This document shows, one piece after another, positions 27,288 to 38,233 of a stretch of 64,000 nt of DNA (positions are counted from its first letter, which is position 1; every line of letters starts with the position of its first letter). The stretch covers positions 125,249 to 189,248 of the forward strand of contig CAZFHY010000003.1 in the NCBI GenBank assembly GCA_964519305.1, given 5' to 3'. Source of the stretch: Candidatus Undinarchaeota archaeon. Its GTDB lineage: Archaea; SpSt-1190; JASMDC01. The position numbers and the translations under genes are program-made. The notes below the pieces were generated by a model that ran no database searches, was not told the DNA's origin, and saw nothing but the letters and a program-made list of their open reading frames with translations.

Positions 27288-29135
27288 CTAGCAACTCTCC
27301 TTACGAGCGATGCGTTCGTAGCCGCCATCTCCGACCGGTTCCACCAGCATCGGATCGAGCGTTACCGTACCGAGGTCGTTTGTTCCTTCTGAAACAGTGA
27401 GTACCTCACCGTGGGGGAGTACCTTCCATCCGGGCCTTCCGTCCCGGTCCATGGATGGTACGAAAAGTGCAAGATATCGTCCCGGTACGACCCCCTCGAT
27501 AGTGAACTGCCCGTTCTCATCAACGATAGCGGTAAGGGACTCGCTCATCCTTGGATTGAGGGGGGATAGGATGATCTCGATGAATGTTGGTGGTTTCCCG
27601 TCGACGTAGCCGAGAGGAACGGTCCCTCTGTCGTCCACGCGTCTGGAATTGATACAGAAGACTCGGTTGCGCATCGCGACGGTCCCCTTGACCGTGGCGT
27701 GGTCAAGGATCGTGATCTCACGGGAGAACGTTGACAGGATGTTAACTCGCTCCACGTACCGGGCCTTCCCTGCCGGATCAGCGGATTCAGCGACAAGGGT
27801 GTGGATATTGCAGGGAGCATTATCTACCTGTAGCCGATCAGAGCCCTCTGTGGGGTAGATAAATGGACATGAGTCGATATACACGGAACCGGTGCGTACC
27901 GACGTCCCCGATGAGTCGACCATCCCGATATCCAGCGTGCACGAACCCTGGCAGACATGGGATATCTCCTCTGGACCGGTGACACTATCGTCGATTCCCT
28001 TGATGTTATCTTCACGGAGGAATGGGCGCATGTAGAACACGAACTCGAGAGGTCTGACTTCAACGCTCCCTTCGCCACCTACGACCTTCGCGCTCTTCAT
28101 GAGGTCCCTGATGCGCATCTCCACGGGGAATGTCACATTGTACACTACAGAGAAGCGCTTGAAGCATGCTTGAGATGCAATAATGGTCGGTACGGATATC
28201 TCCTCGACAACATCGGTGCTCTCCTTTTCAGTATCCTTGTTGGCCAGGAGCGTGAACTTGAGCGCCTGACGGTCCACCTCGGCCGTCCAGGCAACAAGGT
28301 CGTCAGCGGGTTGTTTGCTACGTACCGTATCAAGTTCCAGTGCTACAGCGAGCTGTGCGTTCTGGCGGAAGGGCTCGACCATTTCTGTATGGTGGACCTT
28401 CTTGGCAACGCCACAGGACGTGAGGCCGCGCATGCCCATGTTCGGGCCCCATATGCGAGAATCCTGTGTGATCGTCATGAGCAGGTTGTCCTCTATTTCA
28501 CGTCGATCGATGTACGCCTCCACGTACGCGACAGCACGGTCACGTAATGTCTTCAATCGTAAAGGTACGTTCTTATCGAACTGGATCGCGGTCGTGACCG
28601 ACACACCTTCGTCATCGAGCACGGTCAGCGGGAGCGCAAGGGTCGTGCGGATGCTCTCGTTGTACAGCTCGACAGTGGCGTTTGGTGCCCCCATTGTGAT
28701 ATGGTTGAGTGTCAGTGTGCGCTTGAGCTTGTCCCTTTCCACGGCGACTCGACGGGAAACCTCTTCAGCCATCATGATCTGCATGACCTCGATGGTGGGC
28801 ACGTTAACTTTCTTCCCCCTGTCGAAGAGATATGGGACGCCTCGTGGATGGCCTAGAGGTGCGTTCTCCTCAGTAAAGCCCCCATGTAAGGCCATCTCTT
28901 CGGCGGACTGGTGTATGGCCCTCTCGAGGATGGACGATATCGCCTGTTCGATTTTGACCTGTTCCTCCTTGACACCTTCGGCCTGCCTGCGGTCGTCCGC
29001 AAGGTCACGGTCCTGCTGGCCCCGTGTAAGGAACATGTACAGCGTCCCGATGATGAGGACCGAGAGGGCGATCAGAGCTATCATGGAGAGCTGACCGCGA
29101 TCGGCGCGGCGGATGATCGTCCCCCTCATAAGCAA
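27288..29135 (-). CDS. Large secreted protein with a class III (prepilin-type) signal peptide and C-terminal beta-sandwich domains
   Basis: RRADRG/QLSMIALIALSVLIIG. The C-terminal VDENGQFTIEGVVPGRY is carboxypeptidase-regulatory-like. Confidence 0.7.
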   Translation of the reverse strand: MLMRGTIIRRADRGQLSMIALIALSVLIIGTLYMFLTRGQQDRDLADDRRQAEGVKEEQVKIEQAISSILERAIHQSAEEMALHGGFTEENAPLGHPRGVPYLFDRGKKVNVPTIEVMQIMMAEEVSRRVAVERDKLKRTLTLNHITMGAPNATVELYNESIRTTLALPLTVLDDEGVSVTTAIQFDKNVPLRLKTLRDRAVAYVEAYIDRREIEDNLLMTITQDSRIWGPNMGMRGLTSCGVAKKVHHTEMVEPFRQNAQLAVALELDTVRSKQPADDLVAWTAEVDRQALKFTLLANKDTEKESTDVVEEISVPTIIASQACFKRFSVVYNVTFPVEMRIRDLMKSAKVVGGEGSVEVRPLEFVFYMRPFLREDNIKGIDDSVTGPEEISHVCQGSCTLDIGMVDSSGTSVRTGSVYIDSCPFIYPTEGSDRLQVDNAPCNIHTLVAESADPAGKARYVERVNILSTFSREITILDHATVKGTVAMRNRVFCINSRRVDDRGTVPLGYVDGKPPTFIEIILSPLNPRMSESLTAIVDENGQFTIEGVVPGRYLALFVPSMDRDGRPGWKVLPHGEVLTVSEGTNDLGTVTLDPMLVEPVGDGGYERIARKESC

Positions 29136-31936
29136 CCCGCCTCCTCAAGATTGTTCCAGTCGCCCGGATTCCCCTCCAGATAGATCAGGAACCTGTCCGT
29201 CGCCGTCTCATCAGAGGTGGCGGCTGTCACTTCGATGGGGACGGGCGTGTCCGGAGGTGGGACGTCGGGGCATAGGTCCACCTGACCCAGCTTCAACTGT
29301 ATACCTTCGGCAGTGCTGATCATGTCGACCAGGTTCTCGGGCGGCAGTTGCTTATCATGGATCTTTACTGTGAACGATTCGGGGGTCAGTGTGTCGCCCC
29401 CCCTGAGCTGCATGAACACGTCCATCGTGAAGCCCATGGCCACAAGAGCGTAGAAGAGCGGTTCGTCCGCAGTACCGGGGCTCACTTTAACGATCCGGAG
29501 GTCAAGGGGCACACGGTCAACGATGGAGAACGCATCAACGGCCTGACCTTCGCGACCGAGGCGGGATATGCGGACGGTGAGCGTTCCCGATCCTGCGGCC
29601 TGGATGCTCCTGAACGTGCCCACGACCTCCCATAGACCTGAAATCGGTTGGTACTTGGCGGCCACTGCCACTGCATTCAGTTCGCCGGCGAGCATCTCGA
29701 ACGACTCCTGGGGAAGGTCATCGACATCGTTCCCCTGTGCATCCAGAACACGCACCATGGTCTTTACTGAAACACCGGTACGTAGCTGCTTGGCGCTAAC
29801 TGATGTGGGATTCACGTTCTTGATAACGAGGTCCAGCTTGGAGAGCTGTTCGGGATACCAGACATAGAAGGGGCTGCGGGCGAGCTGCATGGCCTCACGG
29901 TGGGTCACGAGCAGGAACGCGTCGTACTGGCCCGGTGACAGGTCCGGAGCGAACTTCGCAGTGAACTCCCATCCTTTCTCCTCATCGAGGTACCTGGCGC
30001 TCACCTCGGAGCCCTCCACGTCCCCTATAAGGGCCCGGACCTCGAGCGCGTCCTGCACGTCCTCCCTAAGGAAGCTGCCTTCGGATTTCAGGTGACCATG
30101 CCATGTTAGACGGATTCCATCGCGGAGCTCGTCTGCCCGCACGTGGTCCACTGGTGGATCCTCGATCCTGAGCACGAGATCGACCTTCCGACAACCATCA
30201 GGAGTGCAGGTCTCACCGAAAGAGCAGGATGATATGGGTCGTGACGTGTGGTCCAAACAGACACATGTGCTTGCACACACCTCACCGACCTGGAGGCAGT
30301 CCATCGTGTTCAGACCCCGCTTCGCAAGGCACTGGCCATCCTCGTGCACGATGATGTAGGGGCTCTTGGTCAGCTCCGTGTCGACGCACTGGCCTCCTGA
30401 ACATCGCTGGCCGTATTCGCACACTGCCGCAGCGTTATCGTCCGTATCGAAGCAAACGCACAGTGGAAGTGAGGAAGTCGTGGGGAAGCACCGGTCCTCG
30501 CTGCCGATGCAGGGGAGAGTGTGCTGGTTCACCCGCATAACGCCCTCATGACAGAGCTCATAGCGCTGTGTGCGCTGGAGAGGTTGCCACTCCATGACGG
30601 AGAACATCTTGGAGGATACGCCCTTTATCCTTCCGTCCTCGATCTGTTTCACATTGATAAGGACGGGTCCTGGTGGAGTCGAGGCAGGGACCGGGATGGA
30701 TATCACCGTGTCGCATCCGGGTGTGTCCAGCTCGGCGATGCGTACCCTGTTCTTATCTAGGAGCTCGGTGCGCGTGAAGTCACACGTGGCCGATGGATCG
30801 GGGTGGATGTACACCTCGTTACCGGGCATGACCTGCTCTGGTTCGATGAGAGGTTCCTCTCCACCGATATATCCGGAGCCCATGAAGTTGATCAGGACAC
30901 CGGCCGAGCCCTCGATCCCGTTGGCACTTGCCTTCACTCGCACCCTGTGGTCGCCCGGTACCCAGGACGTGGATGTCCCGACCATCATGTCAGTACATCC
31001 GCGGTAGAAGCCGTCAGTGACCGTGAAACCCTCTATGTTCTGAACGGACACATCGCAAGCATCAAGGGCCTCATCGCCGGTGACCTCCAGCGTGAACACC
31101 TCCCCCAGAAATATCTGAGGTCTATCCACTGTTACGGTTAGCGACAGGGATGAGTCAGTGAGCCTGACGGTTGACTTGGCTAGGGAGAGCTTTCCCAACC
31201 GATAGGATACGACCAATAGCTCGTATTCTCCAGGTTCCAAGAACGCGGACGTGGCCAATGCTGTTGGGCGGCAGAGGACCGATAGCTGCTTGGCCACGAC
31301 GACATCGTCCTTCACGAGCGCGGCCGCGCACAACTCGCCCTCCAGTTTTGGGATGCTGATGAACTCGCCGAGCATATAGGAATCCTGTTCAGGTGAGAAT
31401 GAGAGCGATCCGGGGATGCCAACAAGGGAAAACGATGAAGAATAAGTGGACTCGCCCACGTTCTCCAGCACGGTCCTGTGCGTGGGATATACCACATCGA
31501 GCTGTCGAGAGAGCACCCTATAGCCACGTGTGAACACGAACTGCTTGGGCTTGTGCTCGAAGAGAACATCGAGCTTGAGCTTGTCCTCGAGGAATGTGAG
31601 GTCCTTGAACGTGAAGCGTGGCTGGTCGAATACCGTGAACGATATCTCGCTCCGTCCACCTTCCTTTTCGGAGATGCGCACCTCGCAGTTGAGGAATGTC
31701 GTGTCACCGCCGGTAGCGAACTGTTTCCGACATAGCTGGCGGAGGGTGTCCTCGTTGATACGCCTCTCGCGGAGGTAAGAGGATGGGATAGTGAGAGCGA
31801 TACGGCTCTTGGCGTACTTGAAGCCTCGGATGTCAACCTCCTCCACCACTTCGTCCACGGTCGGAAGAGCGGTGGCCAGTACCGCCAACAGTATGGCGAT
31901 AAGCATGACGGGAACTATATAGGAGATGCGAGACAC
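29126..31936 (-). CDS. Secreted 936-aa protein with Ig-like beta domains and a Cys-rich middle region
   Basis: Signal peptide and PGxY-type motifs. Duplicated C..(V/I)GE.C...C.C.D......C..G..C...C unit. Confidence 0.75.
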   Translation of the reverse strand: MSRISYIVPVMLIAILLAVLATALPTVDEVVEEVDIRGFKYAKSRIALTIPSSYLRERRINEDTLRQLCRKQFATGGDTTFLNCEVRISEKEGGRSEISFTVFDQPRFTFKDLTFLEDKLKLDVLFEHKPKQFVFTRGYRVLSRQLDVVYPTHRTVLENVGESTYSSSFSLVGIPGSLSFSPEQDSYMLGEFISIPKLEGELCAAALVKDDVVVAKQLSVLCRPTALATSAFLEPGEYELLVVSYRLGKLSLAKSTVRLTDSSLSLTVTVDRPQIFLGEVFTLEVTGDEALDACDVSVQNIEGFTVTDGFYRGCTDMMVGTSTSWVPGDHRVRVKASANGIEGSAGVLINFMGSGYIGGEEPLIEPEQVMPGNEVYIHPDPSATCDFTRTELLDKNRVRIAELDTPGCDTVISIPVPASTPPGPVLINVKQIEDGRIKGVSSKMFSVMEWQPLQRTQRYELCHEGVMRVNQHTLPCIGSEDRCFPTTSSLPLCVCFDTDDNAAAVCEYGQRCSGGQCVDTELTKSPYIIVHEDGQCLAKRGLNTMDCLQVGEVCASTCVCLDHTSRPISSCSFGETCTPDGCRKVDLVLRIEDPPVDHVRADELRDGIRLTWHGHLKSEGSFLREDVQDALEVRALIGDVEGSEVSARYLDEEKGWEFTAKFAPDLSPGQYDAFLLVTHREAMQLARSPFYVWYPEQLSKLDLVIKNVNPTSVSAKQLRTGVSVKTMVRVLDAQGNDVDDLPQESFEMLAGELNAVAVAAKYQPISGLWEVVGTFRSIQAAGSGTLTVRISRLGREGQAVDAFSIVDRVPLDLRIVKVSPGTADEPLFYALVAMGFTMDVFMQLRGGDTLTPESFTVKIHDKQLPPENLVDMISTAEGIQLKLGQVDLCPDVPPPDTPVPIEVTAATSDETATDRFLIYLEGNPGDWNNLEEAGCL

Positions 31937-32005
31937 GCTACAAACCCCTCCGGTAAGGGGGTCTGCGAGGTATATAAAGGTTTGGTTGCCGTAAGCCGTC
32001 TTTCG

Positions 32006-35000
32006 CTAGCCGAGCTCCACTACGTGCCTGACCTTCTGCTTGAGCCGTATATGCTCGTCCGTCCCACGCTTGACCAGGTCCATCGCCTTGGTATAGTAGA
32101 ACCGCGCCTTCTCCCTTTGGTCCTTGTCCTCCGTGTCGATACCAAGGAACTGGTTGCCCAGATGCTCGTAACGGTTGAATAGGAACTCCTTGGCCTCTGC
32201 GTTCTTCGGTTGGAGTGTGAGGACCTTCTCGAAGGTCTCCTGGGCCTGTTCTTCGCGCTTGGTCCGTGCAAAGAGATTGGCCATGGCCACCAAGGCCGGA
32301 ACACTGTCGCCAACGGGGCCTGATGCACTGTCATATGCGTCCAAGGCCTTGTCGTCAAACCCGTCCTCTTCATAGAGCTCGCCTGCGTGCAGCCAGGCAT
32401 CCAGACGTGAATGGTCGACCTCAGCGAGCCGGACGTAGTGCTCGATGGCCTTGTGAGCGAGCCCTTCGGCCTTGTAGCTCACGGCCAGGGCCTCCAGGGC
32501 GATGGTGTTGGACGGATCCGTTGACAACACACGATTGTAATACCGCTTGGAGTGTACAGAATCGCCGGTATCGTTGTAGGCCTTCCCGGCATTGAGCATG
32601 GCCTGCACGTTCCCCTCGTCATGCTGGAGCACCATCCCGTACCACGCCAGGGCGCTCGCGGGATCCCCTGCCAGGTAGAGTGCGTTACCCACACGGAGCT
32701 GCATCTCAGGATCGAGCTCGCCAGCTCGTGGTGCATAGGTGCGGGCGGAGTTGGCCATGGCAGCAACTGTAGCGTCATCTAGGCCTATCGACGATGCGTC
32801 ATGAACGCTTGAGGGGAGTGGCGATAGGGCTTCGGATAGAGATTCCAACGGAGTAGGCCCTGAAGTGGGAAGCTGGACCTGCTCCGGAGTGGCGGTCTCT
32901 GCTGCATGCTGGGCGATGTAGCCCGTCATGTCGTACACACCTGCTTGCGGAGCAGTACTCTGAGGAAGCTCCACACCAGGTCCGTCTTCCTCCCCTCCGA
33001 CAACGAGCCGGTAGAGCATTACTGAGGACAGGGCGAGGACGACTGTGAGCACTGCGGCGATGAGCATCCAGGGAGGGCCCTCACGCAGGACGAGGGGTGC
33101 AGCGCTCACTACCTGACCGGGCATCACCTGATCAGGCTCCTCGGTCGCGACGGCCGCGACGGTCGCGCTGTAATCAGTACGGTCGATATCGGTAGCCATC
33201 TGGATGGCGCGATCGGCAAGTTCCATGGCATCCTTGTAGGACCCCTGGGTGATCATGCTGTCGACCTGCCTTACTGTGAGATTGAGCTTCTCTCTCTTGT
33301 ACTCGCTGTCCACGTGATCGATGATGGCCCGGAGGACCTCGAGCTTGTCCAAAGCCTCTTGGAGTTGTGGATCGGGCGGGGGCGTTGGTATGGGCGTAGG
33401 TGCCACCGATGCAGATACGTCGGGACCGGGGGAAGGTGTTGCAGTGGCGTTCGGTGTCGGTGCTGGTGTCGCGGTCGGCGAGGGCGATGGGGTCGCTGTT
33501 GCGTTCGGTGTCGGTGCTGGTGTCGCCGTAGCGTTCGGTGTAGGTATCGGCGTCGCTGTGACGTTGGGCGTGGCCTCCGGTGTGGGGATGGGCGTCGGTG
33601 TGGGTGTAGCCACGACTTCAGCGAGCAGGTAAGCGAACGAGCATCCGAAGTTCTCAAGCTTGTCCCTGCAGCATATACGTACGGTATGGTTCGCCGGATC
33701 GAGCTCCAGTTCCCATGTGACCGAGCCCTCCCCTGCATCCCGCCACTTCTTCGAAACACCGTCGATGTCAAGCCCACAGTCGCGTGGTCCTGCATAGGGA
33801 TCGGTAATGTTCACGGTGATCGCGTAGGTCCCGGACGGGACAGTCATATCCTTGAGGTCCGTCGTGGGGGGATCGGTGTCACGGGCGATGATTATTCGGC
33901 CTTCGCCCGTCTTCCCATCGATGTCGGAGCACGTTATGACCGCGTTGTGCTCCCCGCTCTCTGGAAGGTCGGCCCTTACCTTCGCAAGCCCGGTCCGCTG
34001 CCACTCCTCAAGGTCCAGGTCCATGGTCTCGTCCTCGAGGTCGGCTCCTGCAGGCGTGGTCATTCGCAGTTTGCAGTTGTCTATGTGGTAGTTCGAGCTA
34101 ACGTTGGCGTACACCCAGATACGATTGCGCTCTGTCGGTTCTACCGGTTCGATAGAAACGTTAACCTCGGCAGGTGCCTCGGTGTAGGCGAAGGTGATGA
34201 GCATCGATGCGGCATTGTCAGTGGCGTTGATCCAGAGGTCGCGTTCACCGCTCCCCGTAACAGGTGCGTGGAACTTACATGTGCAGGGCGGGTCCGTGCA
34301 AGGGCAAGTCTTCTCCAGCGCCCCATGGGAGTTGAGGGTGTCCTTTCGTGTGACGCGTACCTGGGCGACGAGGTTCGAGAACGCGCCAGTATCACGTTCG
34401 ATGGTAAGGTTGATCGCCTCGCCGTCGAACCGCGCAGAGCCCGATGTTTGGACTCCGGATGCGGAGACCAGGTAGAATGGCTCGGAAACGGCCTCCACGT
34501 CACCAATGGCGAAGCGTGTGGGTGATGTTGCGATGTAGCGTACCCTTACCGGGAGCGTGCAGTCCCAGTGCCTCTCATGCGTGACGTTATCGTTCTCTAC
34601 CTGGTGGAGCCTGGACCTGTCAGGGCTACTGATGAGGAGGAGGGCACGTTCGGGCGTCGGGTCCATGGTGAGGTTAACGGCGAGCGTGGGCTCTGACACC
34701 GAAGTGAGACAGATCGCCCTGGCAGGTTCCAGAGGGGGTAGCACAGCATATGGCCCGACGAAGTTATGATAGATGGATTCGGTACCTGCACGCATACCGA
34801 TCTGTATAGTGGAGGGTACACTGTCCCGCACTCCCGGGAGCCAGGCGGCCATGGTCTTCCCTGTGGAAGAAAGGAGGGGGGTCGTCTCATTGACGTTGAG
34901 GCTGATGGCTGCGGTCGTGCATCCTCCTTCTACTGGTTCGAGCGTGACGTTGCGTACTACCCGTCCCAGACCTGCATCGTAGTCGAGGGTCACGACGTCC

Positions 35001-35395
35001 TTGATCCCATCACCGAAGTCAAGCGAGAATGTCACGTTGGGACAGGTCGGGGTGGCCGTGAGCGTGATGCCCTCGATGACCGTTCCTTGTCCCGGGAGCA
35101 TCATGGTACGGGTACCGGCGAGGACCAGGCGGGTGCTGTAGTCCATGAAATGGCAGAGGTCACCATCGATTGTGCAAAGTTCGGGCGAGGCGCCCGGGAT
35201 GGGGAGCACGACGCCCTCTGCATCAAAAGTGATGACTGTGGCCTCGTCGCCAACGGTATAGAGCGTAGGATTGCTCACGGTGAGCGTTGCGAGGACGGGC
35301 GCTAGCATAAGTGCGATCGCCAGGAGAACCGTCGTCCTTCTACGCATAGGGACTCTTAGACCAGCGTGCTTTTTACGTTTTTGTGCAGCGCCCAT
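32006..35395 (-). CDS. Type I membrane protein: extracellular Ig-like domains, PT stalk, TM and cytoplasmic TPR repeats
   Basis: Signal peptide, DTDPPT Ig-like motif, (PT)n linker, [22 protein letters not shown] and TPR consensus such as [14 protein letters not shown]...[10 protein letters not shown]. The start may be 35347. Confidence 0.82.
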   Translation of the reverse strand: MGAAQKRKKHAGLRVPMRRRTTVLLAIALMLAPVLATLTVSNPTLYTVGDEATVITFDAEGVVLPIPGASPELCTIDGDLCHFMDYSTRLVLAGTRTMMLPGQGTVIEGITLTATPTCPNVTFSLDFGDGIKDVVTLDYDAGLGRVVRNVTLEPVEGGCTTAAISLNVNETTPLLSSTGKTMAAWLPGVRDSVPSTIQIGMRAGTESIYHNFVGPYAVLPPLEPARAICLTSVSEPTLAVNLTMDPTPERALLLISSPDRSRLHQVENDNVTHERHWDCTLPVRVRYIATSPTRFAIGDVEAVSEPFYLVSASGVQTSGSARFDGEAINLTIERDTGAFSNLVAQVRVTRKDTLNSHGALEKTCPCTDPPCTCKFHAPVTGSGERDLWINATDNAASMLITFAYTEAPAEVNVSIEPVEPTERNRIWVYANVSSNYHIDNCKLRMTTPAGADLEDETMDLDLEEWQRTGLAKVRADLPESGEHNAVITCSDIDGKTGEGRIIIARDTDPPTTDLKDMTVPSGTYAITVNITDPYAGPRDCGLDIDGVSKKWRDAGEGSVTWELELDPANHTVRICCRDKLENFGCSFAYLLAEVVATPTPTPIPTPEATPNVTATPIPTPNATATPAPTPNATATPSPSPTATPAPTPNATATPSPGPDVSASVAPTPIPTPPPDPQLQEALDKLEVLRAIIDHVDSEYKREKLNLTVRQVDSMITQGSYKDAMELADRAIQMATDIDRTDYSATVAAVATEEPDQVMPGQVVSAAPLVLREGPPWMLIAAVLTVVLALSSVMLYRLVVGGEEDGPGVELPQSTAPQAGVYDMTGYIAQHAAETATPEQVQLPTSGPTPLESLSEALSPLPSSVHDASSIGLDDATVAAMANSARTYAPRAGELDPEMQLRVGNALYLAGDPASALAWYGMVLQHDEGNVQAMLNAGKAYNDTGDSVHSKRYYNRVLSTDPSNTIALEALAVSYKAEGLAHKAIEHYVRLAEVDHSRLDAWLHAGELYEEDGFDDKALDAYDSASGPVGDSVPALVAMANLFARTKREEQAQETFEKVLTLQPKNAEAKEFLFNRYEHLGNQFLGIDTEDKDQREKARFYYTKAMDLVKRGTDEHIRLKQKVRHVVELG
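33425..33612 (-). repeat. Pro/Thr stalk repeats (TP[AI]PTPN[AV]TA)
   Basis: The 26-nt GCGTTCGGTGTCGGTGCTGGTGTCGC occurs at 33447 and 33501, with a partial copy at 33531. Confidence 0.85.
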
Positions 35396-35410
35396 CGAGC
35401 CACAAGCGGT

Positions 35411-36676
35411 CTACCATACCGGTCCCTTGATGAACTCGCGCACTACGTTGGTAGCATATGCTCCCTTGGTAAGAAAGAACCGGAGGGACACGGCCCCCTC
35501 ATCAGCTCCCAGTTCACTAGAGAAATCCTCGTACCGTACTATCGCGGCCCGGCGCGTACCGTCCGACGATGAGATGCAGGACGAGAACAGTGATAGGTCG
35601 GTCCCTTCCTCCTCGATGACCTTACGCTCCAGTTCTCCGGGCTCACCGGTGGCAAGGGTCGTTCGTGATCCTGGTAACGGGAGAGAGACGGATGCTTTTC
35701 CTGCGCGACAGATGGTCGTGAGCCTTTCGATGTTCTCATTGTCCACGGGAATGGTCTTCCATCCGATGAGGAGGATATCGCCTTCTACAGGTTCGTCCAA
35801 GGGCATGCCCTGCTCTATGCGCAGGGAAAGGATACGATTGAACATCAGGCCCTGGTATGAATGGATCAGCAGGCGAAGGAGCTTTTTGGGGATGACCCGG
35901 AACGCGGCTGCTGGAGGACGGCCGCGGGACAGCTCACGTAGCATGGCCCTTTCATACGTGAGGCCATGTGGGAACGTTTCTAATGCGTGGTCGAAGTCAC
36001 CGTCCTTTGCCAGCTCGGCCCGAGCTTCACGGGATCTGGGGGCCTCGTTGGGATGGTCGGCCCATAGGAACTCGGCTAGCGCTCCATCGAGGTCACCATT
36101 GACGAGGGCCTTCCCTACCAAGTGGTTGTTTGGTCTAGAGGCGCCGAACCGTTGGATGCCCAGGTAGTTGGGAGCAAAGCCTCCGAGCTGTTCTTCGATG
36201 GTGGTGAGTCGTTCACCAAGACCATCCGGCTCGGGGATATCGCGTACGACGATGGTGAACCGGTTCCCCCTGAGCATGCCGAGCTTGATCTTGCGTCGTG
36301 CCCGATAGACATCGAGCACCTCGATACCGGGGATGCTGAGGTCGAGGAGTTTGTCCGGTTCGACACCCATGAGCGAGACCTTCTGCTCGGTCACGGCCTG
36401 CCGGTCCTTGTTCCCAGCGAATCCGAACGACTGCATCCCGACACCGAGTTCTCGTCCCAGTCTGATGAGGGCGCCCATCGTGTCCCAACGTCGTTTACGT
36501 AGTGTGAACACCACGTGTGAGCCTTCGGGATCTGCCGGGATGTCGGAAACTTCGGAGACGATGAAGTCCTCGGGCTCTGACTTGATACTTCCCCCGATAC
36601 CCGGCACCGAAGAGCGATAGCATCGTATCCCGACGCGACGTTCGAGCTCAGGTGGTTCAACGGTCGATGTGGGCAT
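35411..36676 (-). CDS. truD: tRNA pseudouridine(13) synthase TruD
   Basis: GGSIKSEPEDFIV.E, AGNKDRQAVTEQ, GNRFTI, PNYLGIQRFG and GAYATNVVRE. Confidence 0.95.
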   Translation of the reverse strand: MPTSTVEPPELERRVGIRCYRSSVPGIGGSIKSEPEDFIVSEVSDIPADPEGSHVVFTLRKRRWDTMGALIRLGRELGVGMQSFGFAGNKDRQAVTEQKVSLMGVEPDKLLDLSIPGIEVLDVYRARRKIKLGMLRGNRFTIVVRDIPEPDGLGERLTTIEEQLGGFAPNYLGIQRFGASRPNNHLVGKALVNGDLDGALAEFLWADHPNEAPRSREARAELAKDGDFDHALETFPHGLTYERAMLRELSRGRPPAAAFRVIPKKLLRLLIHSYQGLMFNRILSLRIEQGMPLDEPVEGDILLIGWKTIPVDNENIERLTTICRAGKASVSLPLPGSRTTLATGEPGELERKVIEEEGTDLSLFSSCISSSDGTRRAAIVRYEDFSSELGADEGAVSLRFFLTKGAYATNVVREFIKGPVW

Positions 36677-36732
36677 GGGACGACTCTCGGTCCTCATTGA
36701 ACAACTTAATAAAGGGAACCCACTCGTTGCAC

Positions 36733-37071
36733 GTGGACGACAGGCTCCTTCTAAAGCTGGCTGCAACGACCTTCTTGGTCGGATTGTGTGCCGTGGTATT
36801 GCTGGATGGACCTCGTGACTTCGCCATCGCTGATATCCCGGATGCAGGTCTTGTTCGCTTGCATGGTATAGTGACCTCCGTACGTGAAAGGGGTCCGGGC
36901 TTCCTCTTCGTCCTACGGGATGTGACCGGTGAAGCCACTGTCTTGACGGGTTACGATGGATGCATGGTATCTACGGGCATGGTCGTGACCTTGGAAGGCC
37001 GTGTCCGTATCAGGGGGAAGCAGAAGGAAGTGGTCGCAGGTGATGTGCAGTGCTCTGGGCCATCGCTTTAG
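36733..37071 (+). CDS. Small membrane-anchored OB-fold protein
   Basis: N-terminal TM, then VRLHGIVTSV...FLFVLRDVTG...VTLEGRV. Confidence 0.7.
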   Translation: MDDRLLLKLAATTFLVGLCAVVLLDGPRDFAIADIPDAGLVRLHGIVTSVRERGPGFLFVLRDVTGEATVLTGYDGCMVSTGMVVTLEGRVRIRGKQKEVVAGDVQCSGPSL

Positions 37072-38210
37072 GGCTTGCCCTGGGAACGGTCACAGGGCTC
37101 GTCCCGGGGATCCATGTGAACCTTGTCTCGCTCATGGTGAACGACAGGCTCGCAGGTGATTCTGCCGTACCTGTGCTCGTGGCCATGGCCACGGTCCATA
37201 CGTTCCTTGATTTCATCCCCTCTGTGCTACTAGGTATCCCAGACGAGGCCACGGCGCTATCTGTGTTACCGGCCCACAAGTACGCGCTCGAGGGACGGGC
37301 GGTTGAAGCATACTTCCTTACTGTGGTAGGCGGTTTCAGTGCTCTGATCCTATCCCTGTTGCTCCTCCCCGTTTTCTTCGCTGTGGTACCGGCGTTCTAT
37401 GCCAAACCCTGGATCGCGACAGTACTGGTCGTGGGCACGATCTTCGTTCTGGTACTCACGGAGCAGAACCGAAGAGGGGCTTTAGCCGTCCTGCTGCTAG
37501 CGGCGTTCCTCGGACAGGTCGCAAGTGACGTCCCGGAGGCTCTGTTCCCCATGCTCTCAGGGATGTTCGGCGTATCGACCCTTCTTCTCTCACTGGTCGA
37601 TGCAGGAGGGATGCCACAACAGGAGACCAGCGGGGGGGTGAGCGTGGGATGGGGGGATGCTCTCCGTGGTACCGTTGCTGGTACCCTGTCGGGTGCGCTC
37701 GTCGGGATGGTCCCGGGAGTTGGTAACTCGCAAGCCTGTCTTGTCTCGTCGTTGCTCGTTGGAGGGAACGACCGGACGCTCCTCGTCTCCATGGGGGCGG
37801 TGAACACCGCCAATTTCATATTCAACATGGTCACGCTCTCGCTAGTGGGGAAGGCACGCTCTGGAGTGGCAATCGCAGTTCAGGAGGCGGCTGCCGGGGC
37901 TGACGTGTTCCGGACCTCGTTGATGTCGATGGTGCTCGCCGCGTCCCTTGCTACAGCGGTATCCCTTACCATATTCACCCAGTTCGTGCGTATAGTGGGG
38001 AAGCTCGATTACCGGGTCCTTACTCTTTCGATAGTCTTCCTGGTCACTCTCGCAGTCGCATGGAGATGTGGTCCTGCAGGGCTTGCCCTTCTGGCAGCAT
38101 CTACGGCCCTAGGTGTCGTCCCACCGACTATCGGAGTCAAGCGATCGCTCTGTATGGGGTGCATCATGGTGCCGGTGGCAGTATCGCTGCTCGGCCGAGG
38201 GATTTATTAA
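37050..38210 (+). CDS. TctA/DUF112 family membrane permease (archaeal type)
   Basis: GTVTGLVPGIHVN, HTFLDFIPS.LLGIPD...SVLPAH and GKARSG. Confidence 0.87.
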   Translation: MLWAIALGLALGTVTGLVPGIHVNLVSLMVNDRLAGDSAVPVLVAMATVHTFLDFIPSVLLGIPDEATALSVLPAHKYALEGRAVEAYFLTVVGGFSALILSLLLLPVFFAVVPAFYAKPWIATVLVVGTIFVLVLTEQNRRGALAVLLLAAFLGQVASDVPEALFPMLSGMFGVSTLLLSLVDAGGMPQQETSGGVSVGWGDALRGTVAGTLSGALVGMVPGVGNSQACLVSSLLVGGNDRTLLVSMGAVNTANFIFNMVTLSLVGKARSGVAIAVQEAAAGADVFRTSLMSMVLAASLATAVSLTIFTQFVRIVGKLDYRVLTLSIVFLVTLAVAWRCGPAGLALLAASTALGVVPPTIGVKRSLCMGCIMVPVAVSLLGRGIY

Positions 38211-38233
38211 CCATACTGACATGAGCTTCGACG

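Noticed and set aside
33314-34525. 403-aa Cys/Arg-rich plus-strand ORF
   Set aside because: It is an antisense translation of the PT repeat region of the TPR membrane protein.
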